Assembly: GCA_964016885.1 (NCBI GenBank)
Contig: OZ024740.1
Location: 302,932,001-302,996,000 of the forward strand
Reading direction: 5' to 3'
Source: Eledone cirrhosa
Taxonomy: Eukaryota
DNA length: 64,000 nt
In this document: one piece after another, positions 1 to 12,990 of the stretch
How the letters are laid out: each line of letters starts with the position of its first letter
Position numbering within the stretch: the stretch's first letter is position 1
Notes under the pieces: model-generated
The model's input: only the letters and a program-made list of their open reading frames with translations
What the model was told of the DNA's origin: nothing
Databases searched by the model: none
Position numbers and translations under genes: made by a program

Positions 1-42
1 CGCCTCAAAAAACCCCTAAAAAGCTTAAAAACTGCAGTTTTT

Positions 43-183
43 CACCTAATGCGGGCCCTAGGAGATCAAAATGTTGAATTTTGTTATGTGCATAACTCTC
101 CCTGAAACATAAATAATACACATGTAAAGTTTGAAAAAAATCGGTTGGGTACTTCTCGAGTTTTAGGGATTCAAACTCACAGA

Positions 184-238
<55 letters not shown>

Positions 239-530
239 CCTCAGGGAAGTTACGTAATGCAGACAGCCAGACATACAAAGAGATATTATAAGGGCGCGAC
301 GTTATATGTATGTATCTATCTAAAAAGAGAAAGACTAAAGAGAGAGATCGCTAAAACGCCTAATGCGGTCCCTAGGGCATTGAAAATTTGAAAGTATTTT
401 TTGCTCAGAACACTCCCTGAAACATAAATATTACATGTGTAAAATTTGAAAACAGTCGGTTAAGTGGTTCTCGAGATTTAGGGATTCAAACTCACACACA
501 CACAGACAGACATCCTCAGTTTTATATAAA
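43..530. mobile_element. two diverged tandem copies of a microsatellite-bearing non-autonomous repeat (possibly Helitron/Helentron-type)
   Basis: ~45-244 and ~359-519 share CCTAATGCGG..CCCTAGG, CTCCCTGAAACATAAATA, TTTGAAAA..TCGGTT, TTCTCGAG..TTAGGGATTCAAACTCAC-(CA)n-ACATCCTCAG. The class assignment is inferred. Confidence 0.55.
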
Positions 531-1011
531 TATACAAGCATATCACATGTTAGGAGAGACAGAGAGAGAAAAGAGAATATAGATAGACAGACAGATCGAT
601 CGATAGATAGATAGATATCATATGACTCAAAAAGATCTAAACATCTCTTATATACAAGATGGTCTTCTCAATTTTATGTAGATTTATAGATTTCAATGTT
701 TCTGAAGAATTCCTCGGATCGAAAATATATATATATATCCTTTCTTTATTATTTTATTATTTCTTTGTTTTCCCATTGTTTTGCAACATGATTACTTGTA
801 TATGGACTCATCTTCATATACTGGTATCTTACAAAATCTGTAGATATTCTTCAGTTGTCGAAACCTACACGAAGCTAATAAAATGTTATAAATTCTCCTA
901 AACCCTCTGTTAAATTATTACTGAACACACACGCATTCACACAGATACACACATATATATGTATATGTTTGACGCAGGGATAAAAGAGTACTCAATACCG
1001 AGATAGAGTTT

Positions 1012-1138
1012 TAAATAGTGAGTCTTGTACTCTGGAGTTTCACCTGTTTATCACAGGGTCTTCAAAATTCTAGAAATTCTTGTCTGATGACCCTGTGATA
1101 AACAGGTGAAACTCTAGAATAACAAGACTCACTATTTA
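1012..1138. repeat. ~49-bp inverted repeat made of two opposed hammerhead-bearing copies (Penelope-like inverted terminal arrangement)
   Basis: 1012-1060 is the reverse complement of 1089-1138, with 2 substitutions and 1 indel. Confidence 0.9.
1078..1127 (+). ncRNA. minimal type I hammerhead ribozyme, stem III damaged
   Basis: Stem I UCUUGU/ACAAGA; core CUGAUGA (1084-1090); stem II CCUGU-GAUAA-ACAGG; GAAA; near-palindromic stem III CUCUAGAA; AUA triplet. Confidence 0.75.
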
Positions 1139-1209
1139 GCCATGATAAAATGAATATATATATATACATTCAATATATATATATATTATATATATATATA
1201 TATAGTATA

Positions 1210-1254
<45 letters not shown>

Positions 1255-1533
1255 TAAATCATGTCCTTAGAATTATTAGATAAAATATATACCATTTCCT
1301 CTTCCAATTAGCATAATTAACCATATAAAAAATCAATTAGACCAAGCTATAAGAAGAAAGGCTCTTATGAAGAAATCTCCGACAAATAACCGAAAGTGGC
1401 CTCTTCGCGGTGGCCCCAATAGAGTATTTATCCAACATTTCGACAGCATGTAGAAACTGACTAAATATACCATCAACCATACACAATTAGGTGTAAAATT
1501 AAACTTAGAAGAAATGTGTATATACCGTAATTA

Positions 1534-1600
1534 TATCTCTACCATGGTTTCATCCGTATTTTTAGACATCCAATTAAGAGTTATGATTCATCAGGAGACA
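1534..1600 (-). ncRNA. minimal type I hammerhead ribozyme
   Basis: Minus strand reads UGUCUC-CUGAUGA-AUC..(30 nt)..GAU-GAAA-CCAUGG-UA-GAGAUA. It has a 6-bp stem I, a palindromic stem III and a GUA triplet. Confidence 0.72.
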
Positions 1601-2005
1601 AACTCAAAATCAGACATTTAGTTTTCCAACTTGATCGCGCCAAAATTAGATTAAAAAATGGCTAAGAATCGGTATGTGGCTGTGGTCAAGCTAGAAAGAA
1701 TGTGATTGGTTGCTTTCGGCGGGTAGGCTTGTTGCTAGAAAGCGCAACCAAATATCGCCAAATTGAATCTCAACCTAACGGGAGATTATTAAATATAAAG
1801 GTTTACATATACATAAAGTTATAGATATATATGCTGCACCGGTCACTTATATATATATATATATATAAATCAACTAATACCTTAACACTTCACACAAAGT
1901 AAAACATTTTGTTTTAATCATTTTCTAAACCAGAAAAAAGAGAGAGAGAAACAAAAAAGGAAAAAAATATTTTTTTCTTCTTCATAATCGTCTCTTTCTC
2001 CCTGT

Positions 2006-2046
<41 letters not shown>

Positions 2047-2763
2047 CAGGACTTGTGTATGCTCAATGATAATTATTTTTGTGTATTCAGTTGCAAATTT
2101 GGTATATTTATATATAAATAATGTTTTTTTTACTACACATGTAGTTTTTGCATCTATGGATGTGTATGTATAAACAAGCTTATATTAGAATTTTAATTAA
2201 AAATCTGCCAGTTTTAAATTACTTTTATTTCAGTAGCAGGCAACAGCTATTCTATAATGATTGAATTAATTATATTAGACACAGAGCCATTTAACTACTT
2301 TCGGAAACAAAATCAATAAAATCAGTTGAACTCTTTTAGGAATTGTATGCAACAGAGAGGAAGCATAAAAGATGGAAGTGATGAAAAGGAAAATCTAATA
2401 CCCATCATAATGAATAGAAACTGTTTGCAACGTAATGTAGATATTTGTAAAAGATCAGTATATCCTTTGTTTTACTTATGTGCCTGTCTTATCTTTCATG
2501 CATTTGCTTTCTTTTTATATACATATATGCACATTAATCAACTTGAAAGGGATAATTATTCTTGTAAAAATTTATCAGTTTGTTTTGTTTTAGGTTACCT
2601 TGGGGGTTTTTTTATCATTTTCCCTTACTTATTTTGAGAATTTGTTATTTTATATATTCTCAGTTCAATAAAGATTGATGATAAACTAAGATTGCAACAC
2701 ATGTTAGTTATGCAAATTCTTTATTTCAATAGTTTTCCATTTGTAATCGATATCCCTTTATTT

Positions 2764-2799
<36 letters not shown>

Positions 2800-3419
2800 C
2801 AGAATATTGGGGAAATACATCAATAGAATCATGCAACCAGTGCAAATATATCTGACCTACGGTTATCCTTTGGGTTGGGGAATCATATATTGTTTTGGAG
2901 CTCAGATATCTAGTTAATCTTAATTTTAGATTTACAGTTGCTGAAAACTTTTACAGTCAGCTGGAATAGAATTTAAAGCAATTGTTTTTAATCTATAGAT
3001 CATTTCCATTGTTACTATTCCGCAACATTATTCAGTTATAAAAATAGGTTAATATTTTCCATAAGAGAAATAACTTACATGCTTCATGCAGAAACAATAT
3101 GTCAATAGAACAATGAATAATCTTTAAATGCTTATATATGATATCAGAAACCATATACAACTGTATCACAATATGCAGTTATATACTCTACTAGATACCT
3201 TTGTAGCACATGCCATTGCGTAAAAGAAATGGATTCTAAAAGGATTATAATGTTAATGATATTAACAATGCACAATACATAAGTACAACAGATAACTGAT
3301 TAATTTTTGTTTTCAATAAACTTTATTTAACAATGTACCAAAACAAGCTCTTAGCCTATAAACAGTTATAAGTATTAATGTGGTGTGATAATTAAATACA
3401 TATATATATATATATACAC

Positions 3420-3665
3420 CAGATCCAAACACAATGGAATCAAACTCCCACTGTCACAGTGTTTCTGTCTCTCCAGCTCTATACATCTTTCACTATTGTA
3501 AGTAAATGAGGGCCCATCCGCTGGCCGACCCTTGGCCCCAGTAGACAGAATAGATAGGGCATTTCCCCGGAGGTGAGAGAGACGGGGTGGAAGAGCCATT
3601 CCAGCTCATGAGGCTCACACCTGTGAGTAGCCAACTCTGTGCCGATGGTGGTAAGTAGGAAGGTA
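3420..3665 (-). mobile_element. CRE-like non-LTR retrotransposon 3' fragment (copy 1)
   Basis: Reverse-complement similarity to 47205-47420 and direct similarity to 58945-59125. Confidence 0.6.
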
Positions 3666-4026
3666 TGTTACTATTAATCTGTTACTACGGTGTGTTACTA
3701 CGTTTTTGTGATAATGAAAGCTATTAATGATATTGAACAGAAAGAATTTAAAAAATAGAAGTCAACATAAATCATTAGTACATTAGTACAAAGTTTCCAT
3801 TTCCTTGTGTTAGATGAAGTTTTCATTCTTCTCTCATATTTTTTTATGGCTGGAAATATCCAATCGGAGAATACCTTGAATTTGTTTTGTCAACCCCATT
3901 ATAATGTGATTTCTATTTGACAGAAAATAGAATGAAACACTTTTGAGTGATTATAGATCATTTTTTTCAGTTACTTTTAATATTGTGTTTTACATGTGGC
4001 CATTTTATTTTATTTTCTATTTATAG

Positions 4027-4187
4027 GAGACCTTGGTGAATATTTTAATGTGGCCCTCATTGGTGGGAGTGTGGACTTGTCAGTAAACCTCGGATCTGGA
4101 AAGTATGATGCTAATATCAATCCCCCAAATCAACGATTTGATGACAATAAATGGCATCGCGTAGAGGTAACCAGAGAATCTCGTGAG
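4027..4187 (+). CDS. Nrx-1: alpha-neurexin internal exon (LNS2 domain, up to the SS2-equivalent position)
   Basis: Pyrimidine tract and TAG acceptor (4024-4026, phase 1). Reads (G)DLGEYFNVALIGGSVDLSVNLGSGKYDANINPPNQRFDDNKWHRVEVTRESRE, which matches neurexin LNS2 (..[39 protein letters not shown]). Donor GAG|GTAGGT, phase 0. Confidence 0.93.
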
Positions 4188-4431
4188 GTAGGTTGTTATT
4201 TTTTTGTAGATGAATTGCTTATCATTTGTACTGGACTGTCTCAATTCATGTCATTAATCTATGTGTAATTTTAGAAGTTTAGATTTATTCTGCTATTTTG
4301 ATGAAGCCATTAATGCTGTTAGATTCAATAACTGTTTTTATATTTTTGCTATGTATACATAGCATAAAACTTAGGTGAACACTTAGTTTATGAATTTGAA
4401 GATAATATTAATATTACTTTTTGATTTTAGT

Positions 4432-4550
4432 GAAGGCGTGTGGCTGAGTGGTTAGAGAATTGGATTCGCAATCGTAAGGTTGTGAGTTCGATTCCTGGAC
4501 CAGGCGATGCGTTATGTCCTTGAGCAAGACACTTTATTTCCCGTTGCTCC
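4432..4550 (+). mobile_element. tRNA-derived SINE 5' part
   Basis: A box TGGCTGAGTGG and B box GTTCGATTCC, followed by the SINE body TGTCCTTGAGCAAGACACTTTATTTC. There is no tRNA acceptor stem. Confidence 0.8.
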
Positions 4551-5663
4551 TTCTACCTGGAGTTGCGACCGATAGATAGTATTAGTAATTGGAAAGACCA
4601 ACGGAAACATTGTTCCCTCGGTCCGATTTGACGAAAGTCGATCGTTCCTTTCTTTTGGTTTTATTTCTGTGCTATGATTTTGTTTTACTTTACCTTAATA
4701 TTTTCCAAATTCGTTTGAGATTTGGTTTGTAAAATTATATATTTTCATTATTAACAATATATGATATTTATACAATAATATATAATATTGATACAATAGT
4801 ATTTATATCAGTCATATTTATTATTTTGAAGAGGAAAATCAGATTGGGGGCATTTCTAAGTTTTAAAAGTTTTATTTCAAGGAAGAAAAACATGAAAAGG
4901 GAAATATATCCAGAAAGCTACATATCTAAGTTGGAATAATTGGGTTTAGCACAAGGTGTGGTAGTGCAAATATTATAAGAGAAACAAAGAAAAGGCATTT
5001 GATTAGAAGTGTGTTGTACAGAGTTTGAAATTTCAAAAAGGAAAGGTATTTGTAATAAAGCTAGGAGAAAGCAACTTTTATCAGTTTTCTTGTATCTCAA
5101 TTATGTTTAATCCCATTTAAGAGGTTCAGTTTTCCAGTCAGTCATATTCTTCTTAAACTTTGTTTGGTATCAGATGTATCTTTCACCACCACCACCCCAT
5201 CACATAGTCGTTCAAACTGTTTTTTATGTTCTCAGTTGCTCTATTTCTCTTTCCTAGTTAATCAGTAAGGTTCTCAAAAAGATGTAGCACTCAGCCTAAT
5301 AATTTTATAAGCTTTTGGCCCAATTTGGTAAAAAGTACTAGAGTAGAATAAAGTGAGAAAGAGAAAACAAAGCAACAATATACACCTTTACAATATATAT
5401 CATATTTCGGGTTCAAGACTGCAATAAATATTTAGGATCACTCTCCATTTCCTGTCTAACCTCGAAATATGAAATATAATGTAAAAATGTAAAATGTTTT
5501 ATTTTAGTTATCACTCTACTTTATTCTACTTTAGTTATCACTCTTCATATTTACTTACTTATCAATACTCCATCGGATATGTCTTTGTTATACCAGTTCT
5601 TATTTAGATTGCCATAAAAAATTTCAGCACTGACAATCAACTAACTTAGATTTATAACAACTT

Positions 5664-5707
<44 letters not shown>

Positions 5708-5770
5708 TTATTCCGGGTTGAATCGGAGGTAACCACAGTAAGTAAGGTACTCAATACATAGCAGAGTGCT

Positions 5771-5817
5771 CCCCCTGATGATTTCTCATGAATGAAACAG
5801 TTTTATTCCTGTAGAAG
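5771..5817 (+). ncRNA. degenerate hammerhead ribozyme (stem I broken)
   Basis: CUGAUGA (5775-5781), UUUC-UCAU-GAAU, GAAA, CAG-loop-CUG, GUA triplet. The flanks CCCC/GAAG pair poorly. Confidence 0.55.
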
Positions 5818-5828
5818 ATCTATATTAA

Positions 5829-5873
<45 letters not shown>

Positions 5874-6089
5874 TATATTTACCTTTTACATACATATATA
5901 TATATATAGAGAGAGAGAGAGGGGGGAGTTTGTGTAATTTGAAAATACAACAGTATATGTGGGCAAGAAAATCATCCCATGGGTAAATTCCAATCACAGC
6001 CGTTTTATAATTTCACAGACTATATATATATATAAAACATCAAATATCAAGACAAGGATTTAATAGATTTACCAAATTGAAGATAGCAA

Positions 6090-6390
6090 GTTTCACTTTT
6101 ACACGCACCTCGCTTCTTCTGGTGCCAAATACTGAGGTTGGTGCATTATTGCACCAGCTCCTGCAATTTTTGCACTTAATTCACCTTCCCACATTCAATT
6201 ACTCTTGAAAATGGCATCAAGATACTTAAACTTGTGCATTTGTTTAAGTAGAACTCCATACATGTACAGAGAGCACAACACAGGCTTCCTTGAGGAGACG
6301 AGTGCCTCAGTCTTCACAACACTGATTTTCATTCAAGCTGTGCAACAATTTGCAGCAATCGTACCAGGTGTATGTTGGAGATCGCCTTAA
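6090..6390 (-). mobile_element. degenerate RTE-clade LINE reverse transcriptase fragment
   Basis: Minus strand reads DLQHTPGTIAANCCTA*MKISVVKTEALVSSRKPVLCSLYMYGVLLKQMHKFKYLDAIF..ELSAKIAGAGAIM. This is the RT domain 6-7 region (GMKIS..KTE..FKYLG) with stop codons. Confidence 0.75.
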
Positions 6391-9049
6391 GACGAGTTAA
6401 CTTGCTTATAACTAGTATTATGCAGCCACTTTGTATAATGACACATGCGAAGTGGTTATTGTAAAATTTTACTTTGTTGCATGGCATACATACTGCCTAT
6501 CAACCCCATTGGTTGGTTTAACAGTCAACTCTGACATCATAGTTAAAATTAAAATATTTGCTGATAATATTGTATTATCTATCATGGAAAGAACTTGCCT
6601 CTCTGTAGTTGAAATAGAATCTTTATGATATATTTATTCTCATATATACTTCACAATACTTCTTGTACAGTTCTGCAAGTCTACTTAGAAATACATTTAT
6701 CTGTCTGACAAACAAAGCAAGTCTTTGCTCCATTAACATAAGAGTGTACTGGTTTCCATTAAATCCAAGAGTACTGATTTCCTTTTTGATATCTTATCAA
6801 TATTGATCTTGTTCATATTCCAGATGTATCATAGTCGAAATGTAACATTTTTCCTGCTTATATTCAAGAAAAAGTAGATTTTCTGTGTACATAAAGTGTA
6901 ATTTTTATCAACATCTTCTTCAAATAGCAATGTATGCCAATTACTAGAATGTGTTTGTGCCATTTTATTCGATGTTCAATACATTCTGACTAATAAGCAA
7001 AACCAGATGATTTTCCTTTTTTCTTGTAATTGCTCCCTTATCCAACGCCCCATGAGTTTTCTTTAAAATCACATGCTTTGGTGTACGAGTGTTTTATACA
7101 ATAATGTATAAGCTCAAGGTATATCGATATTTTCCTGTTTAAGTAATTTTGTAGGTTTGTAGATATGTGTTATTGAATTTGAAATAATATATAATTGGTC
7201 TGTCAGTAGATTTCTAAGTATTTAACAATAATTATTTCTGAGGGAACATTTAAGAAAGTAAAAGTGTTTATATTGGTTCTTACTTAAACATTGAAGTTAG
7301 ATTTCTGACATAAATGTTCATGTAGCAAAGGTTTTCACAGCGATGTTATAGGGAATGCATTATATCTCCAATATGTTTTCACAGGTTCTTTTAGTAGGGA
7401 ATGTATATGATTAAAAAGAGTTTCGGTGGTTGGAAGGCAGAAGGGAAAACTATGTGCTTAGGAGTATGCCAATTTTATTTTGATAACAATTAAATTATTT
7501 GTGGAAAATAGAAGGGATGTGAGAAGTAGGAAATACATCAGTGTGAGGGATAGATAGAGTAAAATCAACACTTGTTGTAATAGAGTTAACTATTAGGGAG
7601 CTTCCAATTAGTGTGATTAGCAAAAGGTGAATAACCATTCCCAGAGCTATTTAAAGAATCTAATTTCGCAAACTTATCTAACAAAAATTGAATATAATAT
7701 CAACTTAATATATTTTAAAAATTAGAGTTATAAGATTCTGACTAAGCATGAAAAAATTATATTACATTTTTTTTTTTTTAATATTAGATTTTTATAGACT
7801 GATTATTGATATGCTTATTTCAAGAAATGCTTCTTTTATATTTTATGAATTGAGACTGTCCACATCTGCTGATTTTATCTGTTCGATTAAACAGCTAATC
7901 TTTGAAATTGTACATCTATGTTTGCAGCAATTTAATACCTTAATCCTAGCTTTTCCTATTATTTTTTTATTTTCATTTCCTGCGTTTTCCTTTTTTTTTT
8001 TTTTGTCTTTTTAACCTGATTGAAACAAAAATATTCCCATTTCTGTTGTCATTGTGGTTGTTACTGTGTTCTTGTCATCAATTCCCTAAATACAGATATT
8101 GAGCCATATTGTACTTATGACTGCCACAAACATTTTAGAACACTGTAAATAAATAAACAAATCTCATGAAGGAAATTAGTAAAAATTATAAAGCATATAA
8201 TGAGTTTAATATTACTACCAAACTTTTAATTAGGCTTTACAAATTGTAATTAGTAAATTATTAATTATACCTGAAAACACATAAATAACATATGATTTCA
8301 AATAATTAAATCCAACAAAATTAAAACAAAAATGATATTTTACATTCTCACATTTACGATGATAAAAGATTATATTTAAGCATAGAGTGGGTTCCATAAA
8401 TCTCAGTACTCTGGCATAGATACCAGTAAATTGTTTACAACAGTTAGAAATTTGATATTTTATATAGCTATGAATTATATTTGGTTTACCAGTGATCAAC
8501 AAATTCAAAATATAACAAATTATTTGAGAAATGAAAAGAACTGAAGGTGAAATACTATCAATACAATTAATGTTTTCAGGTAATAACAAGTAATTTTTTT
8601 AATGATGAAAACACTTCTCTTATTTCTCAAATAAATTTATTTCTGGTAATAAATCTATAATTCATAACTCTACTACCTTAATATATTGCAAAGTTAAAAG
8701 TGTTGTGATAAATTTACAGGCATCTCTTTAATGAAAATATTAAACATTTGATAAGTTACAAAAATATACTTGTGATACTGTATATTAAATGTAAATTGAT
8801 ATAAAATGTATACTGTATGTATATACATACGTATATATATATATGAGATGACCCCTTAGCCTTTGTCAAGGCAGAATTCTAGGAGAAGGAAAACTTGAAT
8901 ATAACACCTGCAACCCTGATGGTATCCAATGATGTTGACTTGTTCTTCTTTTTGGTAAATATCATCTTGGTTAAGAGAGTGGGACTGGCTTTGTGCAGTG
9001 CCTTTGCTCACTATAAAAGCTTCACGGCACAGGCATTGCTTTATATCTG

Positions 9050-9535
<486 letters not shown>

Positions 9536-9829
9536 GTGTGTATTTATGTGTTTACACACATATGTATATACATACATGTAAATATATATATATACACACA
9601 TATGTATATACATATATACATGTAAATATATATATAATCACACATATATTTATACATACACATATTTGTGTATATATATATACATATATACATATATATG
9701 TGTGTATGTATGAATATTATAATGATAAATTGATATCTGTACATATATAGAACAGAGGTAATCGATAATGCATAAAAGTATGTACAAATATATACAATGA
9801 ATACATAGAAATGTGAGCATACCCAAGTT

Positions 9830-11357
9830 TATATATTTTTCTGTAAATTGAAAAATAATTTTAAAAAACTTGAATCAATTTTCGAACCTCAGCAGATTCT
9901 CATCAAAAGTGTACCTGAAGGGTTTATATATCATGTGAACTATAGTGCTATCCTTAAATAGACATACTAATTTGCATATGAGGAGTACCCAAAGTGTTTC
10001 GAAAATCGATTCAAGATATTTGTATTGTTTTCAATTTACTGGGAAGTGCAGAATTTTGATATCTATATATTCGCCATGTAAACTTATATACAGATGTATG
10101 CAGTCTCGGTTACATCACTACTCTACATATACAGATATAAATTTATCATATACCTCAACTATTCAGAACAGAGATTAATATATATCAAAATTAACTACCA
10201 ACATCAGTGCTAATAATATGTCAATTAGTAAGTCTAATTCAGGAAACTACTATAAGGGATAGTGTATATATAGGCTCCTCAATTAAGTTTTTTATTGCAG
10301 ATGTTTAAATGACATCCATAACTTCTGATGAGAACTCCCAAACGTTTTAAAACTTAATTCAAGTTATTTGTTATTTATTCAATGTACATAAAAAATATGT
10401 AAACTTTATGTGCCTATGTATCCAGTGTGTATCATCTTACTGGTAAACTTATTTAAGTTCAAGAGTTGTTGGAAGAATTTCCTCCTGTCATTTTTTACTA
10501 TATAATACTTCAGCGAAAGAGAAAATGTTTTACATATCCTTAGTTTGCGGTGTGTGGAAGTAATGAAGAGCTGATTTCCTAATATATAAAGGAAGGAAAG
10601 ATTGGGAAAGAGAATTAGGAAAGAATGAGATGGAAAGAGAATAGTTACTAGAAGGGAAAAGGGAGGCTGGTCTAGTATTGATTAGGGTTTTTTTAAACAA
10701 CGTTATTCAATAACAATATACGCATTCATATTTTGTGTTCATTCATAAATATGAAATGTTTAAATACACGGGAATAAGGTGTTGTCCTTCCAACTATTTG
10801 CCAGGTTATAGTTAGGGGGTCAACTCCCTGGTGACTCAGCCTCTTGATGAAATGTAAGATGAAAGTGGAATTTCTTTTGTCTCTTGTATATAGCAGTGAC
10901 ATTGCTGACCTTACTATTCTTTAAAATCCTTTGTAGTAAGCTCTACTCAATTCCTCTGTATCTGGTGGGATGAGCGTAGTTCTATATATGACGATCTTAA
11001 AAGGTAACATCTCTTCAGTGGGTTGAGCTCAGTAATTACATCTTGTTTGGAGATATGTACATTTCTTTTTTTTTCATTTCTTTACAGTTTTGGTAAAAGC
11101 AATATTTTCAAGGCAATAATGGCTCAACTTATTATATTTGAATATATGATATAGTAACGACTTGGGTGGTTATGGGGTTGGAGAATAGAAATCTGAAGTA
11201 TGCTTTCGAGTAAAAGTTTGGTGGGATAGAATCTGAATGAGATTAGAATACAACTTGTAAGTAAGTGGGAAGTAGGGAAGTGATGTTACAGGGAATTATT
11301 TATATGTGAATGTATATATGTGTGCAAGGGGTTATTTTCAGCTATACATATATATAA

Positions 11358-11440
<83 letters not shown>

Positions 11441-11720
11441 CAAAAGCATGAATATGTATATTGATATTGACTGAAGTTGTTTACGAACCAACTGACCCAA
11501 ACCCTTCCTTACCTTACACTGACCAATAACCCTTTTCATGTTCTTATTCTCCATCCAACTCCAGCCTCAATTTCTCCTAATTTCTATTCCGTCCTCATTC
11601 CCACTTTCTCTTTCCCACATTTGCAGAAAACACACTTCAATAAACTTTTCTCTTTCTCCAAAGAAGTATTTGGTCAAATACAACAAAGAATTCTTTTCCC
11701 AACTGCTAAAGGTTACCAAT
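9830..11720. mobile_element. highly decayed Penelope-like element(s) with inverted repeats carrying hammerhead relics
   Basis: 9865-9910 is an inverted copy of 10321-10370; both carry (C/T)TGATGAGAA..(G/T)AAA..TTCAAGTT, and a third relic lies at ~9978. Faint RT-like text is on the minus strand at ~10780-11030, and text resembling a GIY-YIG C-terminus is at ~11520-11720. Confidence 0.4.
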
Positions 11721-12888
11721 ATAAATATAGTCATATATTACATATATATACATACATGTATATATACCTAAGTGTGTATACATGAATATATTAATACATG
11801 CTTGCATGTATATACAGAATATAACATCTACATGATGCATAAATGTACAATTATTAATTAACTCTGGACTCATATAGATATAATATGCACATAAATATAT
11901 ATAGAGAGATGCAGGAAAAAGGCATTTGCATTAAACATTAAGAATTTGTTTGATGAATTATTTCTATTGCCTGCTAAAATATTTAAATCTATGGTACAAA
12001 TATCTGGAATAATTAAATAAATGAAATAAAATAAAATATTAATTTAAAACATTAAAATCGCATAGTTTCAAACACTTGTAACATCCAAGTCTTGAAGGAC
12101 CTAAATGACTGCTTGTTGGTCCAACTTAACTTCACTGTCTAGAAAATAAATTTAAATATATTCTTGTAGTGCCATGTTCTGTTTCTTTCTTACATTCCAA
12201 CCACAAGCAATATCTTGTATTTTAATATTTAAAAACACTTTAATATTTTGGGGAGCCTGGCCTAAGCATGTAATATTACAAAAGCTGCATTTTTAGAACC
12301 AGAAAGTAATTTATCGGGTGGTAATTGTTTATCCTTCAACGATATATCCCAGCTATTGAGTACTGCCACCTATGTTTAGAATGATGCACCATTTTTTTGT
12401 TATCAAATACTAGATCCATTTGCTAGCTACTGCTACGCTTGGTGTTTTACTATGTGTATTCTACATAGCTTTTTATTACTACAACTTGTTTGCTTTACAT
12501 CACCCCCTGTTATGTATACATACCTATTACACAAACGTCTCTTTCTCCTACTACCCATTGTTTCAATTCCTCAATGTTGAACCATTCAGTTTCCTCTGAA
12601 TTTGTTTTTTGTTTTTTGTTTTTCTAGAACTTCATTTTTTTTAGAAAAACCTTTCCATTGTTGTCTCCCAAAATATTAATATCAGATAAATTATTTCAAC
12701 CTCTAGCCATGCAATACACAATAAAATAATAATTATGCTTATTTTCTTTACACTAACAAATGAATAAAATGTTTCAAAAATATTTGCTTCTGTGTATAAA
12801 ATTAGTTTACTATTTTCTTATTTCTAATTTACTTCTAGAGGTTTGATGCTTTTGTTTTTATCTTGATTATTAACATAACAAAAATTAT

Positions 12889-12953
<65 letters not shown>

Positions 12954-12990
12954 TTACTACTACTACTACTACTACTACTACTATTATTAT
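12889..12990. repeat. (ACT)n/(ACC)n compound trinucleotide microsatellite
   Basis: Read directly from the sequence. Confidence 0.95.

Noticed and set aside
3605-3640. Hammerhead-like CTCATGA-GGCT..AGCC-AAC
   Set aside because: The core is mismatched, and the homologous copy at 47260-47290 shows it is antisense coding sequence of the CRE-like element.
4432-4505. Possible tRNA gene
   Set aside because: It has A and B boxes but no acceptor-stem pairing, and it continues into a SINE body seen elsewhere in the window.
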